From contig OZ244850.1 in assembly GCA_965220895.1 (NCBI GenBank), forward strand, positions 1,897,506-1,961,505: a DNA stretch of 64,000 bases, read 5' to 3'. Below are positions 8,024 through 17,115 of the stretch, in pieces. The notes beneath the pieces were generated by a model. It worked only from the letters and a program-made list of their open reading frames with translations. It was not told where the DNA came from and made no database searches. The translations under genes were made by a program, and so were the position numbers. The DNA is from Gammaproteobacteria bacterium. GTDB taxonomy: Bacteria; Pseudomonadota; Gammaproteobacteria; UBA4575. Position 1 is the stretch's first letter; each line of letters begins with the position of its first letter.

Positions 8024-8980
8024 ATGTTGCTGAAAACCACCCGGGCTTGCGATATCCGCGAATCCCAGGTCACCGATGAATCGCTTTACATCGAGCGGCG
8101 AAAGTTCATGCAGGGTACCGCCGCCCTGGCAGGGGCATCCCTGCTCCCGGCATCCTCCCTGTGGCCACAACCCGCACATGCTGCCATTAGCATCGGGGCT
8201 GTCGAAAAAAGCGTATTCTCGACCGCCGAGGAACTCAACTCGTTCGAGGATATTACGAGCTACAACAACTTCTACGAGCTCGGTCTGAAAAAAGGCGATC
8301 CGAAGCGAAACGCGGACCGCCTCATTACCGAACCGTGGAGCATCCGGGTGGAAGGCGAATGCGACAAGCCGGGCGACTATGACCTGGAAGACTTCATTCC
8401 TGCCCCACGGCTTGAGGAACGGATCTATCGCCTGCGCTGTGTGGAGGCCTGGTCGATGGTCATCCCCTGGGTAGGCGTTGAACTGGGACCCGTGCTGAAG
8501 CGTTTCGAGCCCACGTCCAAGGCCAAGTACGTACAGTTCTTCACCCTGTACGATCCGAAGAACCTGCCGGGCCAAAGGCGTTCGGTGCTGGACTGGCCGT
8601 ACCGCGAGGGCCTGAGAATGGATGAGGCCATGCATCCCCTGACCATACTGGCCGTGGGGCTGTACGGGAAAGTATTGCCGAACCAGAACGGTGCGCCGCT
8701 GCGCCTGGTCGTGCCATGGAAATACGGTTTCAAGAGTATCAAGTCGATCGTTCGCATACGCTTTTCCCAGTCCGAGCCTGCGACCAGCTGGAATCAGTCA
8801 GCGCCCCGTGAGTACGGCTTTTACTCGAACGTCAACCCGGCGGTGAACCACCCGCGCTGGAGCCAGAAAAGGGAGCGCAGGATCGGGGAGATCCTGAAGC
8901 GAAAGACCCTGCCGTTCAACGGCTATGCGGAGCAGGTGGCCGACCTGTATGCAGGCATGGACCTCAAAAAGCATTTCTGA
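8024..8980 (+). CDS. msrP: protein-methionine-sulfoxide reductase catalytic subunit MsrP (YedY), molybdopterin oxidoreductase with Tat signal
   Basis: Tat motif [17 protein letters not shown]. Conserved YedY core (ITSYNNFYE...[17 protein letters not shown]...[19 protein letters not shown]). Confidence 0.9.
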   Translation: MLLKTTRACDIRESQVTDESLYIERRKFMQGTAALAGASLLPASSLWPQPAHAAISIGAVEKSVFSTAEELNSFEDITSYNNFYELGLKKGDPKRNADRLITEPWSIRVEGECDKPGDYDLEDFIPAPRLEERIYRLRCVEAWSMVIPWVGVELGPVLKRFEPTSKAKYVQFFTLYDPKNLPGQRRSVLDWPYREGLRMDEAMHPLTILAVGLYGKVLPNQNGAPLRLVVPWKYGFKSIKSIVRIRFSQSEPATSWNQSAPREYGFYSNVNPAVNHPRWSQKRERRIGEILKRKTLPFNGYAEQVADLYAGMDLKKHF

Positions 8981-8993
8981 GCAGGGCCTTCAC

Positions 8994-9581
8994 ATGCGCC
9001 TTGGCAAGCCCCTGGTCTTTATTGCTTGCCTGGTCCCGCTGGCCTGCTACGGCTACTGGTTCTTTACAGATTCACTGGGGGCGAACCCCATCGAGGCCAT
9101 CACCCGAAGGGCCGGTGACTGGGCACTGCGGTTTTTACTGATCACTTTGGCCATCTCGCCGCTGAGAAAACTGACGGGCTGGCACGCGCTTGTGCGCTAC
9201 AGAAGGATGCTCGGCCTGTTCACCTTCTTTTACGTGTGCGTGCACCTGTTGCTGTATGTCACCCTGGACAAGTTTTTTGATCTCGCCGAGATCATCGAGG
9301 ATGTCATCGACCGACCCTTTATCACCGTGGGATTCACCGCCTTTGTGCTGCTGCTGCCGCTGGCAGCGACTTCGACCGACAGGATGGTCGAGGTGCTGCA
9401 GCACCGATGGACGCAGCTGCACCGCCTGGTCTACGTGGTGGCCATGCTGGCCGTTCTGCATTTCTGGTGGATGGTCAAGATCGACACCAGAGAGCCTGCC
9501 ATCTATGCGGCCATTCTCGCCGTCCTTCTCGGCTTCAGGCTGACGTTCTACCTGAAGAGGAAATTGCGGCCCGCAGCCTAG
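8994..9581 (+). CDS. msrQ: MsrQ (YedZ) heme-binding membrane subunit
   Basis: Start MRLGKPLVFIACLVPLA overlaps the msrP end. Multi-helix membrane protein with conserved His residues; canonical msrPQ pairing. Confidence 0.85.
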   Translation: MRLGKPLVFIACLVPLACYGYWFFTDSLGANPIEAITRRAGDWALRFLLITLAISPLRKLTGWHALVRYRRMLGLFTFFYVCVHLLLYVTLDKFFDLAEIIEDVIDRPFITVGFTAFVLLLPLAATSTDRMVEVLQHRWTQLHRLVYVVAMLAVLHFWWMVKIDTREPAIYAAILAVLLGFRLTFYLKRKLRPAA

Positions 9582-10054
9582 AGGTGCACGGACACCAGGT
9601 ACCGGGAATAGCTTTCGCGCATGGATGTGCGTTCGTCCACGGAGGTTTTCAGGATGTTCTCGAGCACCACCTCGAACTCGCGCTGGATGATCTTGAAAAA
9701 GATCTCGGTGAGCGGGCGTTTTCCCGTCGGCAGGGCAATGACCTTTTGCTGGAATCGCAATGGAAAGATGGTATCCCCGCGAAACAGGATCTTGACGGCA
9801 AATACCCAGCGCCAGTCCCAGGAATATATGGTCAGTGCAGCGTTTCCTGCGTAGATTTCAAAGGACTCGCCGTCCTTCATGACGCCTTCGCTGAACACGA
9901 CCGCCTGATAGGCGCTGGTGTTGTTGGAGCTGATGAGGTTGGCCCCGACGATGTCAGCCTTCTCCGAGTAAGGGCGGAGCCGTTCATACAGGGCAGGGTA
10001 GAATAGCTGCAGGAAGGCCAGCAGCATCGGGTAGTGGTCATGCGTGGCAACCAT
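9578..10054 (-). CDS. hypothetical protein (~158 aa)
   Basis: Internal start MVATHDHYPMLLAF.... The track ORF 9578..10213 runs into the antisense of the tRNA (MARPERFELPTTWFE is reverse-translated tRNA) and is trimmed accordingly. Confidence 0.5.
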   Translation of the reverse strand: MVATHDHYPMLLAFLQLFYPALYERLRPYSEKADIVGANLISSNNTSAYQAVVFSEGVMKDGESFEIYAGNAALTIYSWDWRWVFAVKILFRGDTIFPLRFQQKVIALPTGKRPLTEIFFKIIQREFEVVLENILKTSVDERTSMRESYSRYLVSVHL

Positions 10055-10108
10055 CGTTGAATAGTGTTCTAATTCGAATCCTCGTTCAATCCCCAATCGA
10101 TTGATCAT

Positions 10109-10185
10109 GCGCCCGTAGCTCAGCTGGATAGAGTACCTGGCTTCGAACCAGGTGGTCGGGAGTTCGAATCTCTCCGGGCGCGCCA
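10109..10185 (+). tRNA. tRNA-Arg (anticodon TCG), intact, 77 nt with encoded CCA
   Basis: Manual fold: acceptor GCGCCCG/CGGGCGC, D-arm GCTC-AGCTGGATA-GAGT, anticodon stem CCTGG/CCAGG with loop CTTCGAA, T-arm GGGAG-TTCGAAT-CTCTC, discriminator G. Confidence 0.85.
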
Positions 10186-10198
10186 TTTTGATTTCGGT

Positions 10199-11491
10199 CC
10201 GTACCGGGGACATGGTATACGTTTTATACCGGAGACATGGTTAACACTTTTTCGGTATAAACGGGTTCTCTGCGGGTTCGACCCGTCCGGCTTCTTCGTC
10301 GAAGAAGCCTAAATCATATTGCATGAAGCTGACAAGCCAGATGCGGTCTTCGACCTCCCGTATGCCCACGACCTGGCCGGCGAAGACGGTGCTGAGGTTG
10401 ATCTTTCGTCGTCCGATACAGATGCGCCCGCACTGGGTGACCTTGAGGGTGCGGTCGTGGAAGGGGTATTGCGGGGGTTGCGGCGGGGCATAGGGGCGTG
10501 TGGAGGGTGTATAGACATCTGCGGGATACAGGCCGCCGAGGGCCTGGTGCGGTCGTTCATGGTTGTATACCCGGATAAAGTCGTCGAAGCGGCTTTGCTG
10601 TTGCAGGGAGTTGAAGGAAGCGGGTCGGGTGGCTTCTTTCTTGAGGGTCAGGTGCATGCGTTCATGGCGCCCGTTCTGCTGGGGCTGTCCGGGCTGGATG
10701 CGTTCGATGCGGATGCCCAGGCGCAGCCACCAGACCGACAGGGAACTGAGGCCGAACAGGGCATTGGGCGAGGCGAAGGGGACGCCGTGATCGGTGCGGA
10801 TGGCCTGGGGCAGCCCATAGGCGTTGAAGGCCTGCTCGAAGACCGTGCGTGCGAAGGGGGATTTTGTCGAGTCCAGGGCCTCACAGGCAAGCAGGTAGCG
10901 GGAGTGATAGTCGGTGAGAGTAAGGGGATAGCAGTAGGCCTGGTTGCCGAGGCGGAACTGGCCCTTGTAGTCGGCACACCACAGGGCGTTGGGGGCTTGT
11001 GCATCGCTTAAAGCGGTGCCTTGGGCACGCCGGCGCCGGCGTTTGCGCCGTTTCACCAGGCCGTGACGGTCCAGCACCGCGTGGATCGTGCTCTTGGCCG
11101 GAGGATGGACCAGGGCATAGGCCCGCATCAGCTTCTCGCGGATCTTCGGCGCCCCCCAGCTCGGATGGTCACGCTTGATGCGCAGGATCGTTCGCTCCAC
11201 CGGGTACGGCAGGCGGTTGGCATGACGATAGGGCCTGCGGCTGCGATCGTCCAGCCCCTGCAGACCGCAGTCGCGATAGCGATTGAAGATCTTGTATCCG
11301 GTCACCCGGGAGATGCCGAACTCCCGGCACACCACCGCCATCTTCTCGCCCTCCAGCAACCGGGCTATAAATCGTATACGTTCATCCATCGGCTTACACT
11401 CTCTCCAAGGCATTCCAAGGTCTCCCTCAAATGCTCTATTGTGTAAACCATGTCTCCGGTATTTGCTGTAAGCTATGTCTCGGGTACTACA
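10199..11491 (-). mobile_element. IS481-family insertion sequence (~1.29 kb) inserted 8 nt downstream of tRNA-Arg, apparently flanked by a 6-bp TTCGGT duplication (10193..10198 and 11492..11497)
   Basis: Outer imperfect IRs: GTACCGGGGACATGGTATAC at 10201 and GTAAGCTATGTCTCGGGTAC at 11468 on the opposite strand. A better-matched inner IR pair, CCGGAGACATGGTT(A/T)ACAC, sits at 10229..10247 and 11441..11459. Single DDE transposase ORF inside. Confidence 0.75.
10241..11389 (-). CDS. IS481-family DDE transposase (integrase catalytic core)
   Basis: N-terminus MDERIRFIARLLEGEKMAVVCREFGISRVTGYKIFNRYRDCGLQGL, an rve-type core (...WCADYKG...TDHGVPF...) and C-terminal ...YNHERPHQALGG.... The track ORF start at 11503 overextends past the IR. 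Confidence 0.85.
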   Translation of the reverse strand: MDERIRFIARLLEGEKMAVVCREFGISRVTGYKIFNRYRDCGLQGLDDRSRRPYRHANRLPYPVERTILRIKRDHPSWGAPKIREKLMRAYALVHPPAKSTIHAVLDRHGLVKRRKRRRRRAQGTALSDAQAPNALWCADYKGQFRLGNQAYCYPLTLTDYHSRYLLACEALDSTKSPFARTVFEQAFNAYGLPQAIRTDHGVPFASPNALFGLSSLSVWWLRLGIRIERIQPGQPQQNGRHERMHLTLKKEATRPASFNSLQQQSRFDDFIRVYNHERPHQALGGLYPADVYTPSTRPYAPPQPPQYPFHDRTLKVTQCGRICIGRRKINLSTVFAGQVVGIREVEDRIWLVSFMQYDLGFFDEEAGRVEPAENPFIPKKC

Positions 11492-11741
11492 TTCGGTTGT
11501 CATCTTTTGCAGGGCAGCAGAATACGCTTGTCTTGTATGAAGTCTGGAACCCCCACTTCAGGGCTGCATGTCGCAGCCCTTGTTATTGTTTAGACCATAT
11601 CTTTAGAAGTTACTGATCCCAAGGGGCGCATTTGCCTTTGAATTAATATTCATATTAATAATAATTACTATTAACACTATGATTCGTTTTCATAAAAATG
11701 TAATATGCGCACCAGAATGTGACAGTTTCTTGGAGATACCG

Positions 11742-12983
11742 ATGATTTTATATGTGTCAAAGTTGAGATTTTGGCTCGGCCTGTTGGTGATGGCCTTGGC
11801 CCTGCCTGGCCATGCCGAAATGATTATGGTGGACAAAGCCGAATACGAGAGCCTGAAAAAGGCGGTTGAATTCTTGATGTCCGAACAGAAAAAGGCCATG
11901 GATGCGGCAGCCCGTGCTGAAGAAAAGGCGGATGAAGCTACAGAGATCGCCGTGGCGACTGCCGAAGTTGTTGAAGAAGGCCCGATGGCCGTGTTTGAAG
12001 GGATCTCGCTGGGTGGCTACGGCGAAGTGCACTACAACAACTATGATGCAAAAGACAGTTCGAGGGACGAGGATGATGCCGATCTCCACCGTTTCGTCAT
12101 CTTTTTGAACAAGGATTTCAGCGACAATCTGCGCATGGTATCCGAGTTCGAGATCGAGCATGGTGGGGTAGAGCCGGATGGTGATCCACTGGGCGGTGAG
12201 GTCGAGATGGAGCAGGCGTACCTCGAGTACGATATGAGCGATCACACCCAGGTGCGTGCCGGTGTATTCCTGGTACCGGCCGGTATCCTCAATGAAACCC
12301 ATGAGCCGCCGACATTCTATGGTGTCGAGCGAAACGTTGTGGAAAATATCCTTATCCCGTCTACCTGGTGGGAAATCGGTGCCGGCATGACCCATCGTTG
12401 GGACAACGGATTCAGTGCAGATGTGGCGTTTCACAGCGGACTGGAGATTCCCGATAGTGGCCGTATCCGAAGCGGGCGGCAAAAAGCTTCCAATGTCGAA
12501 GCGGAAGATCTGGCCACCACGGTGCGCCTGCGCTATACGGGTATGCCGGGGCTGGAGCTGGCTGGCTCTGTACAGTTCCAGAAAGATGCCAACCAGGAAG
12601 GTGGTGACATGATCGAGGATGCGCAGCTTTACACTGCCCATGCGGTCCTCAGCAAAGGTCCGTTCGGGCTGACGGCGCTGTATGCAAAGTGGGAACTCGA
12701 TGGTGATATTGAGGATGATCCCAGCGGTGCAGATGACCAGGATGGCTGGTACATTACGCCGAGTTTCAAGCCGGTCGACTGGCTCGGTCTGTATGCGAGT
12801 TACCAAGAGGTGGAAGGCGCCCGTTCGCAAGACCAGTTCGAGCAGTGGGAATTGGGTTTCAACTGGTGGTTGCACCCCAACGCTGTAGTCAAGGCCAACT
12901 ACAAGGATCGCGAGCATGACAACAGTGACGACAGAGGAAGGGATTTCGACGGCTTTGATCTGGGCGTCGGCTGGATGTTCTGA
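11742..12983 (+). CDS. outer-membrane porin-like beta-barrel protein with N-terminal coiled-coil segment
   Basis: Signal peptide MILYVSKLRFWLGLLVMALALPGHA, alternating beta-strand pattern and C-terminal ...GFDLGVGWMF. The 424-aa antisense ORF 11757..13031 is rejected. Confidence 0.7.
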   Translation: MILYVSKLRFWLGLLVMALALPGHAEMIMVDKAEYESLKKAVEFLMSEQKKAMDAAARAEEKADEATEIAVATAEVVEEGPMAVFEGISLGGYGEVHYNNYDAKDSSRDEDDADLHRFVIFLNKDFSDNLRMVSEFEIEHGGVEPDGDPLGGEVEMEQAYLEYDMSDHTQVRAGVFLVPAGILNETHEPPTFYGVERNVVENILIPSTWWEIGAGMTHRWDNGFSADVAFHSGLEIPDSGRIRSGRQKASNVEAEDLATTVRLRYTGMPGLELAGSVQFQKDANQEGGDMIEDAQLYTAHAVLSKGPFGLTALYAKWELDGDIEDDPSGADDQDGWYITPSFKPVDWLGLYASYQEVEGARSQDQFEQWELGFNWWLHPNAVVKANYKDREHDNSDDRGRDFDGFDLGVGWMF

Positions 12984-13061
12984 TCGCAGGCGATTCCTAT
13001 CAAGTGAGCAGGGCGACAGTGCCGGGAGCATCCCTTAATTTTCATGGACTAAGGCATCAGC

Positions 13062-13574
13062 TTGGAAAGATTTCTCCTCGTCGCCCTACTCATAGGGTTG
13101 TCTGGTACGCTGCAGGCCAAGGGGGTGTACCAGACTCCTGAAAAGTTCCTGTCACTTACGTTCAGTGAGGTTCCTGAGGCCCAGCGCATTCTCCTGACCG
13201 GCGACCTGTCCAAGCGCGTCAAGACCATTCTCGCGCATCGCTACAAGAAAATTCGGGTTCCTTACTGGCAAACAGGGTGTCGCAGCGCCTGGATTCTGGA
13301 AGAAATCGGCAAGGAGCGTTTCATTACCACAGGATTCGTGGTCAACTCCGGAGGCCTCGAAAAGGTCAAGGTCCTGATTTTCCGGGAAAGCCGGGGCTGG
13401 GAGGTGAAACATGACTACTTTGGCGAACAGTTCATCGATGCTAGGCTATCCGACAACCGCCTCACCAAAAGGATCGATAACATTTCCGGAGCGACACTGT
13501 CGGTTCGGGCCGTGACCAAACTTTCCAAAATGGCCTTGATGCTTCACGCCCACGTGACCGAGGGCACCTGCTGA
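13062..13574 (+). CDS. periplasmic FMN-binding domain protein
   Basis: Signal peptide plus FMN_bind signature (...ISGATLSVRAVT...). Confidence 0.7.
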   Translation: MERFLLVALLIGLSGTLQAKGVYQTPEKFLSLTFSEVPEAQRILLTGDLSKRVKTILAHRYKKIRVPYWQTGCRSAWILEEIGKERFITTGFVVNSGGLEKVKVLIFRESRGWEVKHDYFGEQFIDARLSDNRLTKRIDNISGATLSVRAVTKLSKMALMLHAHVTEGTC

Positions 13575-13588
13575 GCTAGCCCGCATCC

Positions 13589-14305
13589 ATGCAGAGTGAC
13601 CTGTTTGTATGGCACCGCAGTATCGGGCTGGTGGCTGCGCTGTTTATCTTTTTCCTGGTGGTGACCGGCATCGTGATCCAGCACAGCGATGGCCTGAATC
13701 TGCCGAGCAAGTACCTGTCGAATACCTGGCTGCTTCGGTATTACGGCATCAAACCGAACCCCATCACCAGCTTCAACGTCGGCGAGCAGGTGATCTCGCA
13801 TGCCGGCGAGACCCTTTACCTGTCTGGAAAGCCGATACCCGTCAAGGCCGGGGAGATGCATGGCGCGGTCACTCTCCACGATGTCATTGTCATTGCCACC
13901 TCCGACACGGTTCTTGTCTGTGATTCCACCGGTCAGGTGATCGATGAAATCACGGTACAGGATGGTTTGTATGAGTTTCCGCTGGGGATTGCCTTGACTG
14001 CACATGACACAGTGGTGATTCGCGGCACGAATGCTCATTGGGAAGCCGGCAACGGCTTTACAGTTTGGCAGGAAGTTCGCCGGGACGATCCAGCATGGGT
14101 GACCCCGTCTGTGACACCCCCCGATCTCAAAGACTTGATCGAAGCCCAGGACATGAGTTCACAAATCAGCTGGGAGCGTTTCCTGCTGGACCTGCACAGC
14201 GGGCGGGTTTTCGGCAAGTACGGGGTGTACGTAATTGATGCGGCAGGTATCTTGATACTGGTGCTTTCGATTACGGGAATCGTTCTATGGGTCACCCGGC
14301 GCTGA
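13589..14305 (+). CDS. PepSY-associated TM helix domain protein
   Basis: N-terminal WHRSIGLVAALFIFFLVVTGIVIQH and C-terminal LHSGRVFGKYGVYVIDAAGILILVLSITGIVLW, typical of the PepSY_TM family. Starts 14 nt after the FMN-binding gene. Confidence 0.75.
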   Translation: MQSDLFVWHRSIGLVAALFIFFLVVTGIVIQHSDGLNLPSKYLSNTWLLRYYGIKPNPITSFNVGEQVISHAGETLYLSGKPIPVKAGEMHGAVTLHDVIVIATSDTVLVCDSTGQVIDEITVQDGLYEFPLGIALTAHDTVVIRGTNAHWEAGNGFTVWQEVRRDDPAWVTPSVTPPDLKDLIEAQDMSSQISWERFLLDLHSGRVFGKYGVYVIDAAGILILVLSITGIVLWVTRR

Positions 14306-14365
14306 GCTGACCGATTTGATAGTGGCAGGGCAGCAGTCCCGGGATTTCAGCCGGCACGATTGCGT

Positions 14366-15331
14366 TCAGGGCCCGGCCTCGAAGCGCTCCGAATAGTGGA
14401 GCTTTCCCTCGCGGTCGATGATGACCGCCTCTGCTGCATCCAGGCCATTGATCAGCATCAGGCCCTTTTCGACACCCAGTACAAACACGCTGGTGGAAAG
14501 CGCATCGGTCATGATCGCATCAGGGCCAAGGACCGAGACGCTGGTCACCTCCCGGGCCGAGGCACCGGTGAGTGGATCGAGAATGTGATGGTACAGCGTG
14601 CCGTCTTTTGAAAAGGATCGCTCATAGTCCCCGGAAGTGGACAGGGCCTGGTCCTGGAGGGACAAGGTCATGGCAATGTACCCCGGTTCTCGAGGGTCGC
14701 GGATTCCGATCCTCCATGGACGGTCCAAACGGTTGCCCAGCATTCGCATGTCCCCGCCTGCAGTGACCTGGGCATGCCGGATCCCAAGCTCCGTCAGGTC
14801 CTGAACGGCCCGGTCCACGGCGTGCCCCTTGGCAATTCCGCCGAGGTCGATTTTCATGCCGGGTTTCAAAAAGGAGACGGTCTGCATTTCTGGATCCAGA
14901 ACAATGTTTCTGTAATCGATGAGCGCCTTGGCCTGGCGGATTTTGTCGTCGTCGGGTTTGACCTGCTTTTGATAGTTGTACAAGTGTCCGACGCTTGCAT
15001 AGGTGATGTCGAAAGCGCCTTTCGTCAATACGGACACATCCACTGATTTTCGGATCACTTCAAACAGTTCAGGACTGACGGAGACGGGTTTCTCGTGTGC
15101 AAATTGGTTGATTTCTGACAACTGGCTTTCTTCGATATAGGGGCTCATCAGGCGGTTCACCCGCTCCATGGTCTGCATCGCCTGGTCAATTCCCTGTCGG
15201 CGTATTCGAGCCTCCGGATGCCAAACCTCGACGCGGACAGTGGTTCCCATGGTGGTCGTTTCTTCGACCTCCCATTCCCCGAGTACCAGGCCGGTTGCAC
15301 AGGACAGGCATATGAGAGTCAGCCACTTCAT
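14366..15331 (-). CDS. apbE: FAD:protein FMN transferase (ApbE family), lipoprotein-type signal
   Basis: 321 aa; ApbE-family motifs (...GGIAKGHAVDRA..., ...ALSTSGDYERSF..., ...HHILDP.TG...). Confidence 0.85.
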   Translation of the reverse strand: MKWLTLICLSCATGLVLGEWEVEETTTMGTTVRVEVWHPEARIRRQGIDQAMQTMERVNRLMSPYIEESQLSEINQFAHEKPVSVSPELFEVIRKSVDVSVLTKGAFDITYASVGHLYNYQKQVKPDDDKIRQAKALIDYRNIVLDPEMQTVSFLKPGMKIDLGGIAKGHAVDRAVQDLTELGIRHAQVTAGGDMRMLGNRLDRPWRIGIRDPREPGYIAMTLSLQDQALSTSGDYERSFSKDGTLYHHILDPLTGASAREVTSVSVLGPDAIMTDALSTSVFVLGVEKGLMLINGLDAAEAVIIDREGKLHYSERFEAGP

Positions 15332-15501
15332 CCGATTACGAAATCCCTTGAAAAAATGATGAAAGGCCCCATCTTATAATTGAGTGCTGCGGGTTGCCGG
15401 GCCTTGAAAATCTGGCAGGTGTGCAGCATTCCATGTATTGATGGATTTTGAATGCATGCACCATTTTACAAACTGGACATGTTTACAGGGAGGGTAGCGA
15501 A

Positions 15502-16857
15502 ATGGAAATCAAGAAAGTCATCATACTACTGGTATTTTTGCTAATCCCGGCCTTGTCCCAGGCCACCAATGGCTATTTCTCGCATGGCTCAGGACTCAAG
15601 AACCGTGCCCTGGCAGGGGCCGGTGTCGCCTTTCCGCAAGATGCGATGGCGGGTGCCACCAACCCGGCCGGCATGGCCTTTGTCGGTAATCGCTACGATA
15701 TAGGCGCGGTGCTGTTCAAGCCCGATCGCGGGTACTCACCCAGCGCCAGCCTGGCCAATGGCAGCGGTGGTGCATTCACCATGGGAGCAGGATCCGAGAC
15801 GAGCCGCAACCGCGGTTTCATCATCCCGAGTTTCGGGCTCAACTACATGCTGAGTGAACAGGATGCCGTGGGATTTTCCGTGTACGGCAACGGCGGCATG
15901 AACACCTCCTACAAATCGGGCAGTGCCTCATTTGATCCGTTCGGGATGCGGGGTCAAGGCGTTTCCTTTCCTGGTGCACTGGGCGCAGGGACTGCGGGTG
16001 TGGATCTGATGCAGGTGTTCTTCAATCTTTCGTACGCGCGTCAATTCTCGGACCGATTCTCGGTCGGGGTCAGCCCGTTGCTGACGATGCAGACGTTTCG
16101 AAGTAACGGCCTGGATGCATTTGCGCCCTTTACGAAAACCTTCGTGTCAAGCCAGGGGACCCGGATGCCGAATCACCTGACCCAAAATGGTACCGACCGT
16201 GCCTACGGCTGGGGCCTGCAGGTGGGCATGCTGGCCAGGGATATCGCCGATGCAGCGGACCTGGGCATCTCGTATCGCACGAAGATCGACATGGAACGAT
16301 GGGAGGACTACGCGGACCTGTTTGCAGAAGACGGCACCTTTGACATTCCCTCCACCCTGTGGGCGGGCGTGGCCATCGAGGTCGCTGAAAACATGACGCT
16401 TGTGGCGGATTATCAGCGTATCTGGTACGGGGACAGCGATGCGATCAGCAATGGGGTGCAGAACCTGTTTGACTGCCCGGCTCTGGGCGGACAGGATCTT
16501 GAAAGCTGTCTCGGCGGTGATCGCGGGGCCGGGTTCGGATGGGATGATATGGATATCTTCAAGGTCGGGCTGCAGTGGCAGGCCAGACCCCGCATCATCG
16601 GGCGGATCGGTTACAGTCATGCCAGCCAGCCCATCGGCCGCGACCAGGTACTGTTCAACCTCCTGGCCCCGGCCGTGGTTGAAGACCACATCACCCTGGG
16701 TGCAACAGTCACTACCCGGGTCGGTGATATCACGCTTGAGGCCATGCATACCTTTGGCAATTCCGTGAAGGGGCCCAATCCTTTTGACCCCACGCAGACG
16801 GTACGGCTCAGCATGGAGCAGTTTGAAATCGGAGCCGGCTGGTCCGTGAAATTCTGA
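15502..16857 (+). CDS. fadL: FadL/OmpP1/TodX-family outer-membrane transporter for hydrophobic compounds
   Basis: Start MEIKKVIILLVFLLIPALSQA followed by NGYFSHGSGLKNRALAGAGVAFPQDAMAGATNPAGMAF; C-terminal ...GWSVKF. Confidence 0.85.
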   Translation: MEIKKVIILLVFLLIPALSQATNGYFSHGSGLKNRALAGAGVAFPQDAMAGATNPAGMAFVGNRYDIGAVLFKPDRGYSPSASLANGSGGAFTMGAGSETSRNRGFIIPSFGLNYMLSEQDAVGFSVYGNGGMNTSYKSGSASFDPFGMRGQGVSFPGALGAGTAGVDLMQVFFNLSYARQFSDRFSVGVSPLLTMQTFRSNGLDAFAPFTKTFVSSQGTRMPNHLTQNGTDRAYGWGLQVGMLARDIADAADLGISYRTKIDMERWEDYADLFAEDGTFDIPSTLWAGVAIEVAENMTLVADYQRIWYGDSDAISNGVQNLFDCPALGGQDLESCLGGDRGAGFGWDDMDIFKVGLQWQARPRIIGRIGYSHASQPIGRDQVLFNLLAPAVVEDHITLGATVTTRVGDITLEAMHTFGNSVKGPNPFDPTQTVRLSMEQFEIGAGWSVKF

Positions 16858-17115
16858 TATGGGCTTTCGCTTGTGCGATAGCCAAGCCTGACAACACCGT
16901 ATCCTGAATCCGGACCCATGATTGAATCGGGTGTGTGCTGCGCAGTCCCGTGCTCTGAAGGGCGCTTTGCACGTATAATGCACTGTAAAGAAGATGACTT
17001 TTGGGAATCACTTCAGTGCACCTGTTCTTTTCGGAGAGGTTCGATGAAGGACGTCAAGCGACAGGTGTCTGCAAGTTTTTTTGGGGGCAGACGAAATTTG
17101 GGAGGCACACAGTGA

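Noticed and set aside
9407-10006. 199-aa plus-strand ORF overlapping the msrQ end and the hypothetical gene on the opposite strand
   Set aside because: Out-of-frame overlap with msrQ and antisense to 9578..10054, with no recognisable features.
3133-10185. Interpretation that the two tRNA-fragment repeats mark an island integrated into the intact tRNA-Arg at 10109
   Set aside because: The partial 3'-half copies lie upstream of the intact gene in the same orientation. Integration at a tRNA 3' end leaves the partial copy downstream. The fragments also differ from this tRNA at the anticodon (ACG versus TCG).
11757-13031. 424-aa minus-strand ORF antisense to the porin gene
   Set aside because: The plus-strand frame has a signal peptide, beta-strand periodicity and a C-terminal Phe typical of OMPs. 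The antisense frame is a GC-rich open-frame artefact.
16858-17115. Short ORFs between fadL and the OMP remnant (e.g. 16918..17115)
   Set aside because: Cys-rich nonsense translations, no RBS, likely non-coding spacer.
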